From the NCBI GenBank assembly GCA_030830965.1, contig JAURLX010000003.1, positions 11,157-75,156 on the forward strand: a stretch of DNA of 64,000 nt, given 5' to 3'. How positions within the stretch are numbered: the stretch's first letter is position 1; every line of letters starts with the position of its first letter. The notes under the pieces are model-generated. The model saw only the letters and a list, made by a program, of their open reading frames with translations, was not told where the DNA came from and searched no databases. This DNA is from Verrucomicrobiota bacterium. GTDB taxonomy: Bacteria; Verrucomicrobiota; Verrucomicrobiia; Opitutales; UBA953. Positions 29,346 to 38,543 of the stretch are shown here, one piece after another. A program made the position numbers and the translations under genes.

Positions 29346-31169
29346 ATGACCGGAGCAGGCCACCAGTCGGCGGGGGGCGACGCCACCCTGCGGCGCCTGC
29401 TGTCCATCGCCTGGTCCTACCGGGCCGACTGCCTGGTCCTGCTGGCGCTCCAACTGGCGGCGGTCCTGCTCACGGTGGAGGTGTTCGTGCTCGCGGGCCT
29501 GGCCATCGACCACCTGCGCCACTGCGCCGACCCCTCCGCCCCGGCCCCCGCCCTCCCCTTCTTCGTGCCGACGGGGGCCTCCCCGGGCGTCATCACGGCA
29601 TGGCTGGCCGGAGGCATCGTAGCGGCGGCCGCGCTCCGCGCCGCCCTCGCCTTCGCCTTTGGCCTCGTCTCGGTGCGCTTCCTTCACGGACGCATCGTGG
29701 TGAATCTCCGGGCGAAGGTCTTCGCGAAGCTCCAGCAGCTCAGCTTCCGCTTCTTCGACGCGAACGCGAGCGGGTCGATCATCAACCGCGTCACCTCCGA
29801 CGCCCACTCCGTGCGGCTGTTCATCGAGGGCGTGGTGCTGCAGCTGGCCGTGATCGGCCTGACTCTCGCGGCCTGCTCCGCCTACATGCTGCGCACGGAC
29901 TGGAGGCTGACGCTCGCCTGCCTCGCGACGCTGCCCGTGCAGGCCTGGTTCGCGGTCCGCTTCTCGCGGAAGGTCCGGCCCGCCTACGAGGAGAACCGCG
30001 AGCTGATGGACCGCATGGTGCTCGGCTTTTCGGAGAACGCACAGGGAGTCCAGGTGGTGAAGGGATTCTCGATGGAGGACCGCGTGGCCGCCCGGTTCGG
30101 GCGCTGGACGGAGGAGATTCGCCTCCAGAAGCGCCGGGTCTTCGGGGAGATCGCGCTGTTCTGGCCCGTGATCGACGGCCTGAATCGCCTCTCCATGGCG
30201 GTGCTGCTGTGCTTCGGCGGCTGGCTCGTGCTGCGCGGAGACATCCCGCTCGGCGCCGGCCTGGTCGCCTTCGCAGGGCTCCTCCAGCAGTTCGCGGCCC
30301 AGGTCACGACGCTGGCGGCGGTGGTCGACAACGCGCAGGTCTCGCTGGCGGGCGCGAAACGGATCTTCGAGATCCTCGACACGGACCCCGGCGTGGCCTC
30401 GGCGCCCGGAGCGGCTTCTCCCGGAAGGTTCCTCGGCCGGGTCTCGTTCGAGGACGTGACCTTCGAGTACCGCGAGAACGCCACCGCGCTGCGCGGCGTC
30501 AGCTTCGTCGCCGAGCCGGGTAGCCGCATCGCGGTGGCGGGGGCGACAGGCTCGGGAAAGACCGCCCTGCTCTCCCTCATCCCACGGTTCTACGACCCCA
30601 CCTCTGGCGTCGTGAAGCTCGACGGCCACGACCTGCGCGCGCTGCCGCTCGAGGAGCTGCGCCGTCAGGTGGGCGTCGTCTTCCAGGAGAACTTCCTGTT
30701 CTCCAACACCGTCGGGGCCAACATCGCCTTCGGCCACCCGGACGCCTCGCCGGAACGCGTCGAGCGGGCGGCGAGGATCGCCGGCGCCCATGGATTCATC
30801 AGCGCCATGCCGGAAGGCTACGAGACCCACCTCGGTGAAGGGGGCGTGAACCTGTCGGGCGGACAGCGGCAGCGGCTCGCCATCGCCCGGGCCCTGCTGC
30901 TGGAGCCGACCGTGCTGCTGCTCGACGACCCGACCTCCGCCATCGATCCCGAGACCGAACGTGAGATCCTCGAGGCGATGGAATCGGCCATGGTCGGACG
31001 GACCACCTTCATCGTCGCGCATCGCCTGAGCACGCTGCGGCGCGCGGACCTCATCCTGGTGCTCGACCGTGGAAGGCTCGTCCAGGTGGGCACGCACGGC
31101 CAGCTCATGGCGCAGGACGGGCACTACCGCCGGTCGATCCTCGTGCAGTCGGAGGAGCAGCCGCGATGA
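29346..31169 (+). CDS. ABC exporter subunit (TMD-NBD half-transporter, degenerate catalytic site)
   Basis: Six-helix type-I exporter TMD then an NBD. Walker A GATGSGKTAL, signature LSGGQRQRLAIARAL, Walker B LLLDDPTSAID (Asp in place of the catalytic Glu) and H-loop AHRLST. Confidence 0.9.
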   Translation: MTGAGHQSAGGDATLRRLLSIAWSYRADCLVLLALQLAAVLLTVEVFVLAGLAIDHLRHCADPSAPAPALPFFVPTGASPGVITAWLAGGIVAAAALRAALAFAFGLVSVRFLHGRIVVNLRAKVFAKLQQLSFRFFDANASGSIINRVTSDAHSVRLFIEGVVLQLAVIGLTLAACSAYMLRTDWRLTLACLATLPVQAWFAVRFSRKVRPAYEENRELMDRMVLGFSENAQGVQVVKGFSMEDRVAARFGRWTEEIRLQKRRVFGEIALFWPVIDGLNRLSMAVLLCFGGWLVLRGDIPLGAGLVAFAGLLQQFAAQVTTLAAVVDNAQVSLAGAKRIFEILDTDPGVASAPGAASPGRFLGRVSFEDVTFEYRENATALRGVSFVAEPGSRIAVAGATGSGKTALLSLIPRFYDPTSGVVKLDGHDLRALPLEELRRQVGVVFQENFLFSNTVGANIAFGHPDASPERVERAARIAGAHGFISAMPEGYETHLGEGGVNLSGGQRQRLAIARALLLEPTVLLLDDPTSAIDPETEREILEAMESAMVGRTTFIVAHRLSTLRRADLILVLDRGRLVQVGTHGQLMAQDGHYRRSILVQSEEQPR

Positions 31170-32971
31170 AGCGCGAACTGGAGATCTCGGTCCGGCGCGT
31201 GCGCCCCGACGAGGAGGAGCCCGACCGCCTGCCGCTCCGCTGGTCGACGGTCGCCCGCCTGCTGTCCTTCACCACGCCCTACTCCGGCCAGCGCTCCGTC
31301 CTGCTGCTCCTCTGCGCCTTCCGCGCGGCCGCGCTGCCCGGCCTCGCCTGGGCCGTGGGGGCGATCATCCGCGGCCCCCTCGCCGCCGCCGACCTGTCCG
31401 GCACGTTCCTGTGGTCGGGTGCGTTCCTCGCCGCGGTGGCGATCGCCGACTTCGCGCTCTACTGGCGGATCCGGCTCGCCCACCAGCTGGGCGAAGCGGT
31501 GCTGCGGGACCTACGCGACCAGCTCATGCGGCACCTGCTGACCCAGCCGCTGGCGTTCTTCCACGCCCGGCGGCACGGCAGCCTCATCAGCCGGATGACC
31601 TCGGACGTGGAGGCGATGCGCAATGGCGTCCAGAACAACTTCTTCATCACCGTCGTCTCGGCGGGCCAGATGGCGTTCGCCGCCGCGCTCATGCTCGCGG
31701 CCGACCCGCGGCTCTTCCTCGTGCTGCTGGCGATCGTGCCCGGCCTCGTCGGCGTGCACGCGTTCTTCCGGGGGCGCATCCTGCACGCCTCCCGTGTGCA
31801 GCAGGAGAGCTTCTCCCGGGTGACCTCCGCGCTGGCGGAGACGGTGCAGGGCATCCGGGTCACGCAGGGGTTCGCGAGGGAGGAGACCAACGCCGGCATC
31901 TTCACCCGTCTCGTGCGCACGCTGGCGGGTGATGTGGTGGCGACGGCCAGCCTGAGCGCCCTCTACCTGCCGCTGCTGGAGTTTAACGCGCACGCGTTCC
32001 TCGCCGCGCTCGTGGGGGTGGGCGGGTACGAGATCCTCACCGGCGGAGGCACCCACATCTTCGACCTCGTGACCTTCTTCTTCCTGGCGGATCTCTTCTT
32101 CGCGCCCATCACGATCATCGGCACCCAGCTCTCGGAGGCGACGCTGGCGATGGCCGGAGCCGAGCGGTATTTCCGCACCATCGACACGCCGCCCGACTGG
32201 GCGGACGCGCCGGACGCCACCGAGTGCCCCCGCCTCCGCGGGGAGGTCGAGTTCCGCGACGTGACGTTCTCCTACCTGCCCGGCCGGCCGGTGCTGCACG
32301 GGCTGTCGTTCCGCGCGGAGCCGGGCCAGGTCATCGCGCTGGTCGGCCACACGGGCTCGGGCAAGTCGACGGTGATCGGGCTGCTCGCCAAGTTCCAGCT
32401 GCCCGACTCGGGCGCGGTGCTGGTGGACGGAACGGACCTCGCCGCCGTCACCCAGCGCTCGCTGCGGACGCAGACGGGCTTCGTCTTCCAGCAGAACTTC
32501 CTGTTCGCGGGCACGATCGCCGACAACGTCCGCTCGGTCCGGCCGGAGGCGACGGACGAGGACGTCCGACGGGCGTTCCGCGACCTAGACTGCCTCGACC
32601 TGATCGAGGCCCTGCCCGACGGCATCCATACGCTGACGTCCGAGAAGGGCCGCGGCCTCTCGCTCGGCCAGCAGCAGCTGGTCGCCTTCGCCCGGGCGCT
32701 CGCCGCCGACCCGCGCATCCTCGTCCTTGACGAGGCCACGAGCTCGGTCGACACGCTCACGGAATCACGCCTGCAGGTCGCCCTCGCGCGCCTGATGCGG
32801 GGACGCACCTGCTTCGTCGTCGCCCACCGGCTGAGCACCATCCGTCGGGCCGACCAGGTGCTCGTGCTCGCCGACGGGCGCCTGGTCGAGAGCGGCACCC
32901 ACCCCGAGCTGGTCGCCCGGAACGGACACTACGCCCGCCTGCACCGCGATTTCGTCAGTTCGACGAGCTGA
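31166..32971 (+). CDS. ABC exporter subunit (TMD-NBD half-transporter, consensus catalytic site, degenerate signature)
   Basis: The ATG overlaps the upstream stop (ATGA). Walker A GHTGSGKSTV, signature LSLGQQQLVAFARAL (non-canonical), Walker B ILVLDEATSSVD and AHRLST. Confidence 0.9.
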   Translation: MKRELEISVRRVRPDEEEPDRLPLRWSTVARLLSFTTPYSGQRSVLLLLCAFRAAALPGLAWAVGAIIRGPLAAADLSGTFLWSGAFLAAVAIADFALYWRIRLAHQLGEAVLRDLRDQLMRHLLTQPLAFFHARRHGSLISRMTSDVEAMRNGVQNNFFITVVSAGQMAFAAALMLAADPRLFLVLLAIVPGLVGVHAFFRGRILHASRVQQESFSRVTSALAETVQGIRVTQGFAREETNAGIFTRLVRTLAGDVVATASLSALYLPLLEFNAHAFLAALVGVGGYEILTGGGTHIFDLVTFFFLADLFFAPITIIGTQLSEATLAMAGAERYFRTIDTPPDWADAPDATECPRLRGEVEFRDVTFSYLPGRPVLHGLSFRAEPGQVIALVGHTGSGKSTVIGLLAKFQLPDSGAVLVDGTDLAAVTQRSLRTQTGFVFQQNFLFAGTIADNVRSVRPEATDEDVRRAFRDLDCLDLIEALPDGIHTLTSEKGRGLSLGQQQLVAFARALAADPRILVLDEATSSVDTLTESRLQVALARLMRGRTCFVVAHRLSTIRRADQVLVLADGRLVESGTHPELVARNGHYARLHRDFVSSTS

Positions 32972-32972
32972 A

Positions 32973-33977
32973 TCAGCGGTCCGCGTCGAACCTCGGACGC
33001 GGCCTGCCCTCCGGCGCAGCCTCGGCGGCGGGCGCCGGGAAGGCCGACGGATGCGGACCGGAAGCGACCGGCACGTACATGTCGCCCAGAGGCGAGCTGC
33101 GGCGGACCTCGAACGCGAGGCCTTTCGGTTCCGCGACGACGTCGACGCGGACCGACTGGGTGGAGGAGGCGACGGGGTGGATCCTCATCGCGGCGTCCGG
33201 GCCCAGCTGCACGATTGTGCGGCCGTCCGGACTCGATCCGCCGGGAATCCTCCACCCTCTGGCGGACGGAAGCACGGGCGGGACCAGCAGGATGAGGCGA
33301 CGCACGGGGCCTCCCGGGTTGCCCGGATAGGCGAAGCTTCTCCGCCAGAGGGGCCAGTAACGCCGCCCGAGGTCATCCTGCACGACCGGCCCACGGGGGC
33401 CGTCGGTGACGAGATAAAGTTCCCGGAGCGCGGACACCTCTTCGGGAGCGAGCGAGACCGCCGCGGCCCCGGGCAGGGGGGGCGGAGCCTCATGGGGCGG
33501 CAGTTCGGCGGAAGCCAGCAGCAGGACCTCCACGGGACCGGCGACCTGTCGGTCGACGGCGGCGATGACCCCGTACGGCAGGGCGGACATCGAGGCGGCC
33601 AGGACAAGTCCCGCCCCGACGGCGAGGCCCGCTCCGCGGGCGAAGAGAGCCGTGAAGAGCGCCGCTCCGGCGAAGGCGGCGGCATGGACGGCGATCTCCG
33701 TGCCAAGATTCCAGGAAGCCAGCGCGACGGCCTCCGGCGTTCCGAGCCAGCGCACCTTTAGGAAAAGGAGGGAGGACCAGAGGGCGCCGACCGCGGCGCC
33801 GAAGACCGGGGCGAAGCGGGGTCCGATGCGGACGAAGACACGGTGCAGCAAGGCCGACGCCACCGACGCGATCAGGCCCGCGAAGAAGGCGTCCTTGACC
33901 GAGGCCACGCCCGTGAGGGCCGACGTCAGCAGCAGGAGACCCCAGGTGAACCAGTAGGTGAGGGCGAAGCCGTTCAT
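32973..33977 (-). CDS. Hypothetical membrane protein (N-terminal multi-TM region plus C-terminal soluble domain)
   Basis: 334 aa. The ATG at 33977 overlaps the glgC stop (ATGA). About 5 hydrophobic helices in the first 150 aa. No family recognised. Confidence 0.6.
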   Translation of the reverse strand: MNGFALTYWFTWGLLLLTSALTGVASVKDAFFAGLIASVASALLHRVFVRIGPRFAPVFGAAVGALWSSLLFLKVRWLGTPEAVALASWNLGTEIAVHAAAFAGAALFTALFARGAGLAVGAGLVLAASMSALPYGVIAAVDRQVAGPVEVLLLASAELPPHEAPPPLPGAAAVSLAPEEVSALRELYLVTDGPRGPVVQDDLGRRYWPLWRRSFAYPGNPGGPVRRLILLVPPVLPSARGWRIPGGSSPDGRTIVQLGPDAAMRIHPVASSTQSVRVDVVAEPKGLAFEVRRSSPLGDMYVPVASGPHPSAFPAPAAEAAPEGRPRPRFDADR

Positions 33978-35269
33978 TCCCCGACGACCGTGTTGGGCGC
34001 CACCACGGCGCCCTTCTTGACCACGATGACGCCGTCACGGACGTACAGGGATTCGTTCTCCCACTTCTCGGGCAGGCCCGTGGGGGCGAGGCGGCAGTTA
34101 GCCCCGATGCGGGCGTTCTTGTCGACGATCGCATTGCGGATGAAGCAGCCGGGGCCGATGCCGAAGTCCGGAAGGCCGAGGCTGTGGTTCCGGGCCAGGT
34201 CGTGGGGGCGCTCGAAGAAGTCGGCCCCCATCATGACCACGTTCTCGAGACGGGAGCCCGCGCGGACCACCGAACGCACCCCGATCACGCAGCGACTGAG
34301 CTCAGCGTCATCGACGATGGCGCCGTCGGCCATGAGGACGCGGGAGACCCGGGCCCCGTTGAGCTTGGCGGGGGGCAGGAAACGGGCGTGCGTGTAAACG
34401 GGGTTCTGCCCGTCGAAGAAGTCGAAGGGGGGCACCGGGTCGGTCAGCGAGAGGTTGCACTCCCAGAACGAACCGACCGTGCCGATGTCCTCCCAATAGC
34501 CGTCGAAAACGTACGCCATCATGCGCCTGGAACCGAGCAGGGCCGGGATGACCTCCTTGCCGAAGTCCGTCTGCCCGGCGTCGGCGAGGGCCTCCCGCAT
34601 GACCCTGCCGGTGAACATGTAGATGCCCATCGAGGCCAGGCAGTAGTCGCGGCCGGACTTGTCGGAAAGACGGCTGCGGGCCGGACCGTTCAGCACGAAC
34701 GAGGCGATGACCGCCGGGTCCTTGGGCTTCTCGGCGAACTCGACGATGCGCAGCTCGGGATTCACGCGCATCACGCCGAGGGCCGAGACCTGGTCGGAAG
34801 GCAACGCCTTCGCAGCGATCGTCACGTCCGCCGCGGACTCGACGTGCTGACGGGCGAGCTCCTCGAAGTCGAGACGGTAGAGCTGGTCGCCGGAAAGGAT
34901 CAGCACGATGTCGTCGTCCTTGAGGTCGTAGTGATGGAGGTTCTGGCGGACCGCGTCCGCGGTGCCCTGGTACCAGGACTCCTTGTCGCCGGTCTGCTCG
35001 GCGGCGAGGATGTCGACGAAGCCTCGTCCGAAGCCGTCGAACTTGTAAGTCTGCTGGATGTGCTTGTGCAGGGACGCGGTGTTGAACTGCGTGAGGACGA
35101 AGATCTGGTTGAAGCCGGAGTTGAGGCAGTTGCTGATCGGGATGTCGACCAGCCGGTAGTTGCCCGCGAGGGGGACGGCGGGCTTGCAGCGGTCCTTGGT
35201 GAGCGGGTAGAGCCGCGAACCGCGGCCTCCGCCCATGACGATGCTGATGACGCGGGGCAGGGATGGCAT
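33974..35269 (-). CDS. glgC: Glucose-1-phosphate adenylyltransferase
   Basis: VMGGGRGSRLYPLTKDRCKPAVPLAGNYRLVDIPISNCLNSG plus a left-handed beta-helix C-terminus. 431 aa. Confidence 0.93.
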   Translation of the reverse strand: MPSLPRVISIVMGGGRGSRLYPLTKDRCKPAVPLAGNYRLVDIPISNCLNSGFNQIFVLTQFNTASLHKHIQQTYKFDGFGRGFVDILAAEQTGDKESWYQGTADAVRQNLHHYDLKDDDIVLILSGDQLYRLDFEELARQHVESAADVTIAAKALPSDQVSALGVMRVNPELRIVEFAEKPKDPAVIASFVLNGPARSRLSDKSGRDYCLASMGIYMFTGRVMREALADAGQTDFGKEVIPALLGSRRMMAYVFDGYWEDIGTVGSFWECNLSLTDPVPPFDFFDGQNPVYTHARFLPPAKLNGARVSRVLMADGAIVDDAELSRCVIGVRSVVRAGSRLENVVMMGADFFERPHDLARNHSLGLPDFGIGPGCFIRNAIVDKNARIGANCRLAPTGLPEKWENESLYVRDGVIVVKKGAVVAPNTVVGE

Positions 35270-35366
35270 GGCTTAGGCTCATCTTCCCGCCGCGGCGGGA
35301 CCCCACAAGCGAAAAGCCGAAGCGGCTTGAACGCCGGGCCGCGCGGGCCTTGCATGCGGCCTCGGC

Positions 35367-36161
35367 ATGTCCTTCGCCTTCCACATTCTCGGCACGAGCA
35401 GCTCGGGCAACTGCTCCCTCATCGAGGCGGGCGGGACGCGGGTCATGCTGGACGCAGGGTTTCAGGGACCGCGACTCGAGGCGTCCCTGGAGGCGCTGGG
35501 GCTGGCCGCGGCCGCGGTCGACGCGGTGCTGATCACCCACGAGCACTCCGACCACTGCGTGGGGCTGGCCTCCCTGCTCCGACGCAACCCGGCGCTCAAG
35601 GTGTTCGCCAACCGCGAGACGGCGCGACGCATCCAAGGCACGCTCAAGGTCCGTCCGGCGTGGCAGCTGTTCGAGACCGGGACGACCTTCGAATTGCGCG
35701 ACCTGCGCGTGACCTCCATCCCGATCCCCCACGACGCGGCCGATCCGGTCGGCTTCGCCGTGGACTGCCCCGGGGCCGCAGGCGCCCCTGCGAGGCGGGT
35801 GACCTGGCTAACCGACCTCGGCCACGTCACCGACGTCGTGCGGCACCATGCGGCGCTGGCGGACGTGCTGGTGCTGGAGTCCAACTACGACGACGAGATG
35901 CTCGAACTCTCCCGGCGCCCCCCGCACCTCAAGCAGCGCATCCGGGGCAAGCACGGGCACCTCTCCAATCTGGCCGCCCGGGACCTCCTGACCGGCCTGA
36001 GCGAATGGCGCGCCTCGGAACTCTGCCTCGGGCACCTCAGCAAGGAATGCAACCGCACGGTGCTCGTGGAGGAAGCCATGCGAGAAGTCAGGGAGCTGAG
36101 ACCCGACCTGCGCGTGAACGTGTTCGACCCTCTCGAGGACCGTCCGCTGACGATCACCTGA
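35367..36161 (+). CDS. MBL-fold metallo-hydrolase (YycJ/PhnP-like)
   Basis: ILGTSSSGNCSLIEAGGTRVMLDAGF and LITHEHSDHC (HxHxDH motif). 264 aa. Confidence 0.8.
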   Translation: MSFAFHILGTSSSGNCSLIEAGGTRVMLDAGFQGPRLEASLEALGLAAAAVDAVLITHEHSDHCVGLASLLRRNPALKVFANRETARRIQGTLKVRPAWQLFETGTTFELRDLRVTSIPIPHDAADPVGFAVDCPGAAGAPARRVTWLTDLGHVTDVVRHHAALADVLVLESNYDDEMLELSRRPPHLKQRIRGKHGHLSNLAARDLLTGLSEWRASELCLGHLSKECNRTVLVEEAMREVRELRPDLRVNVFDPLEDRPLTIT

Positions 36162-36164
36162 CCC

Positions 36165-38108
36165 TCAGGAGCCCTTGGCGCCCTTGACGGGCACGGGCAC
36201 CTCGTCCTCGCCGGCGGGCGGGGGCGCGGGCGTGACCGCAGCGGACTTCACGGGCGCGGCCTGGGCCACCTTGCCGGCCAGACGCTTCACGGAGTCGGCG
36301 CAGGACACGGAGGCCGGATTGAGGTCTTGGGCGGCCAGCCACGAAGCGAGCGCGGCGGCGTCAGCGCCCTCCTTCTCCAGCTTCTCGGCCAGACCGATGA
36401 GACGGGCATATTCGGCGACGAGCGGAGCGATGTCGGAGCGGGTCTTGGCCAGGACGAGGTCGTCCGACTCGGTACGGGAAACCTCGATGATCACGTCCCA
36501 TGCCAGGTAAGGGTTGCCCTGCGAGGCGAGCACCGCGGCCTTCTGGATGTTGGCGTCGAGTTCCCCGACGCGGTTGACGATCTGGCGGAGCTTGTCGGAA
36601 CGTTCCTTGTCCTGCGCCAGCGCCAGGGCGAACTCGAGCTTCTTGTTGTAGATGTCGCGCCAGCGGGCCTCGGCGACGATCCGGTCGAACTCTGGCACCA
36701 TCTGCGCGAGCTTGTCCTGGCGGCTTACGATCTGGTCGGCGAAGGCCTTCACGGCGGGGTTCTGGGGCCAGATTTTGACGGCCCGCTCCAGGGCGGCCTC
36801 GACCTTGGGGTTGTCCCCGGCGAGCGCGGCCTGCTTGGCCGCGAGGATCGACATGTTGGAGGCGTTGATGGCGTTGGTGACCTTGGAGAGCACGGCCTGT
36901 CCGGGGAAGTCGCGGGCACGTCCCTTGACCTTGTTGACATAGCCCTCGACGTTGGCGAGGTCGCGCTCGTCTCCGAGCCGCTGCAGCTCCCTCAGGTCGC
37001 GCCACAGCTCGAGCATCTCGCGCTTGCGCTCCTGGGAGTAAGAGGTGACGGGCGGCTCGAACTCGCCGAGGAAGTAGGTCTCCTGCAGGCGCTCGAAGGC
37101 CGCGTAATACTCCCCGTTCCTGGTGTGCTCCTCGACCGTCTGCATGCCGATCGCCACGTCGCTGATGGCCTCGCGGGCGAGCGTGTCGAGCGATTCGAGC
37201 GTCGGCACGAAGTCGGAGACGGGGAAGAACTCCTTCACCTCCTTGGCGCCGACCTTGATGCTCTGGTTGCCGCTCTTGAATAGCACGCGATAGAAGGCCG
37301 AGGAGACGAGACAATGGCGGTAGCGGCGGGCCAGCATGAAGCCCACCATCTGGGACTGGAACTCCACCTGCGCCTTGAGGCCGAGGGCGATCATCTCGGC
37401 GTCCTTGGCGAGAATCTGGGCCTGCGTGCGCGCCTCATCCTTGGTGCGGAACTGCAGCTCGGTGGACCCGCTGGTGGTCTTGCCCAGATTCACGGCCTTG
37501 CCGTCGTTGGTCGTGGCGCCGGAGCGCTCGTCGTTGGCCATCTCAAGCTTCTCGGCCCGGTTGATGATGACCTGCTCCTGCGCCCGGCGCATGGTCTCGA
37601 GCTGGTTCTTGCTCACCTCGAGCCCGCGGAAGTCGTACTTCATCTGCCAGATCTTGCGGACCTGGGCGGCGATGGTGAGGCAGTTGTTGGCGTCGACCTC
37701 AAACTCGGCCGCCTGGAAGAGCAGGTTGAAGGCCTCCTGCTGATTGGCCAGATTGTTGGCCTCGTTGATGACGCCGGGCGAGAGGAGCTTCTGGACGCGG
37801 CCCAGGATCTCGTCGTAGCGTTTGATGTCGCCGGCCAGGGGCGGAGCGGCCAGGTAGCGCTCGAAGCGGGCGCGCATCATGCGCGAATTGCCAAGGGCGA
37901 AGGTCTTGCCCTTCCACTGCAAGGAGCCGTTCTCCATGTCGACGGAGTCGCTGTTGACGTCGAACAGGCGGTCGGCGCCTCCTTCAAGCGTGGAGCTCTT
38001 GTAATCGCCGCCGCCGGGTCCGGTGACGGCCGCGCCGGGAGGAGGCGCCTGCGCGAGCCCCAAAGCCACCGAGGCGCACCATCCGAATGTGAGCAGTAGG
38101 TATCGCAT
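36165..38108 (-). CDS. Hypothetical secreted protein, predominantly helical/coiled-coil with a Pro/Ala-rich tail
   Basis: Signal peptide MRYLLLTFGWCASVALGLAQAPPPG. 647 aa. The start lies 5 nt after the stop of the upstream small gene. No family recognised. Confidence 0.7.
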   Translation of the reverse strand: MRYLLLTFGWCASVALGLAQAPPPGAAVTGPGGGDYKSSTLEGGADRLFDVNSDSVDMENGSLQWKGKTFALGNSRMMRARFERYLAAPPLAGDIKRYDEILGRVQKLLSPGVINEANNLANQQEAFNLLFQAAEFEVDANNCLTIAAQVRKIWQMKYDFRGLEVSKNQLETMRRAQEQVIINRAEKLEMANDERSGATTNDGKAVNLGKTTSGSTELQFRTKDEARTQAQILAKDAEMIALGLKAQVEFQSQMVGFMLARRYRHCLVSSAFYRVLFKSGNQSIKVGAKEVKEFFPVSDFVPTLESLDTLAREAISDVAIGMQTVEEHTRNGEYYAAFERLQETYFLGEFEPPVTSYSQERKREMLELWRDLRELQRLGDERDLANVEGYVNKVKGRARDFPGQAVLSKVTNAINASNMSILAAKQAALAGDNPKVEAALERAVKIWPQNPAVKAFADQIVSRQDKLAQMVPEFDRIVAEARWRDIYNKKLEFALALAQDKERSDKLRQIVNRVGELDANIQKAAVLASQGNPYLAWDVIIEVSRTESDDLVLAKTRSDIAPLVAEYARLIGLAEKLEKEGADAAALASWLAAQDLNPASVSCADSVKRLAGKVAQAAPVKSAAVTPAPPPAGEDEVPVPVKGAKGS

Positions 38109-38113
38109 GGCGG

Positions 38114-38503
38114 TCAGAAGCGTTCGAGTCCCTCCACGACGAGGAGGTCCTGGCTGACTCTGACGCGGCAGCGGAAGCGCTGGCCGACCTCGAAGGAGTC
38201 GCCGGAACCGATGGGGACGAAGATGGGGATGCGCCCGCCGCCGCGGGAGTCGTCGGTGGGCTTGACGGCGAGCACGCGGCCCCTGCCCTCGACGTAGGCG
38301 AGCTGCTGCTCGACCTTGCAGTCCAAGCGGTAGGCGTTGCCCTGGAGCGTAGCCCAGTCCTTGCGGTAGGCCTCGGGCGAGAACGGGGTCAGGTCGCCGA
38401 ACTGACCGCCGCCGGCGAGCCGGGGGAGCACGATCGCGAGCAGCACGACGATGACCACCACGGGGATGCCCAGCGCGAAGAAAAGAGGGTTGATTTTGGA
38501 CAT
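38114..38503 (-). CDS. Hypothetical membrane-anchored small protein
   Basis: 129 aa. N-terminal helix LFFALGIPVVVIVVLLAIVLP followed by a beta-rich domain. Sits between the ABC gene and the 647-aa gene. Confidence 0.65.
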   Translation of the reverse strand: MSKINPLFFALGIPVVVIVVLLAIVLPRLAGGGQFGDLTPFSPEAYRKDWATLQGNAYRLDCKVEQQLAYVEGRGRVLAVKPTDDSRGGGRIPIFVPIGSGDSFEVGQRFRCRVRVSQDLLVVEGLERF

Positions 38504-38543
38504 GCAGATGTGACCGCTGACATTATCTTAACGACGCCGCGGC

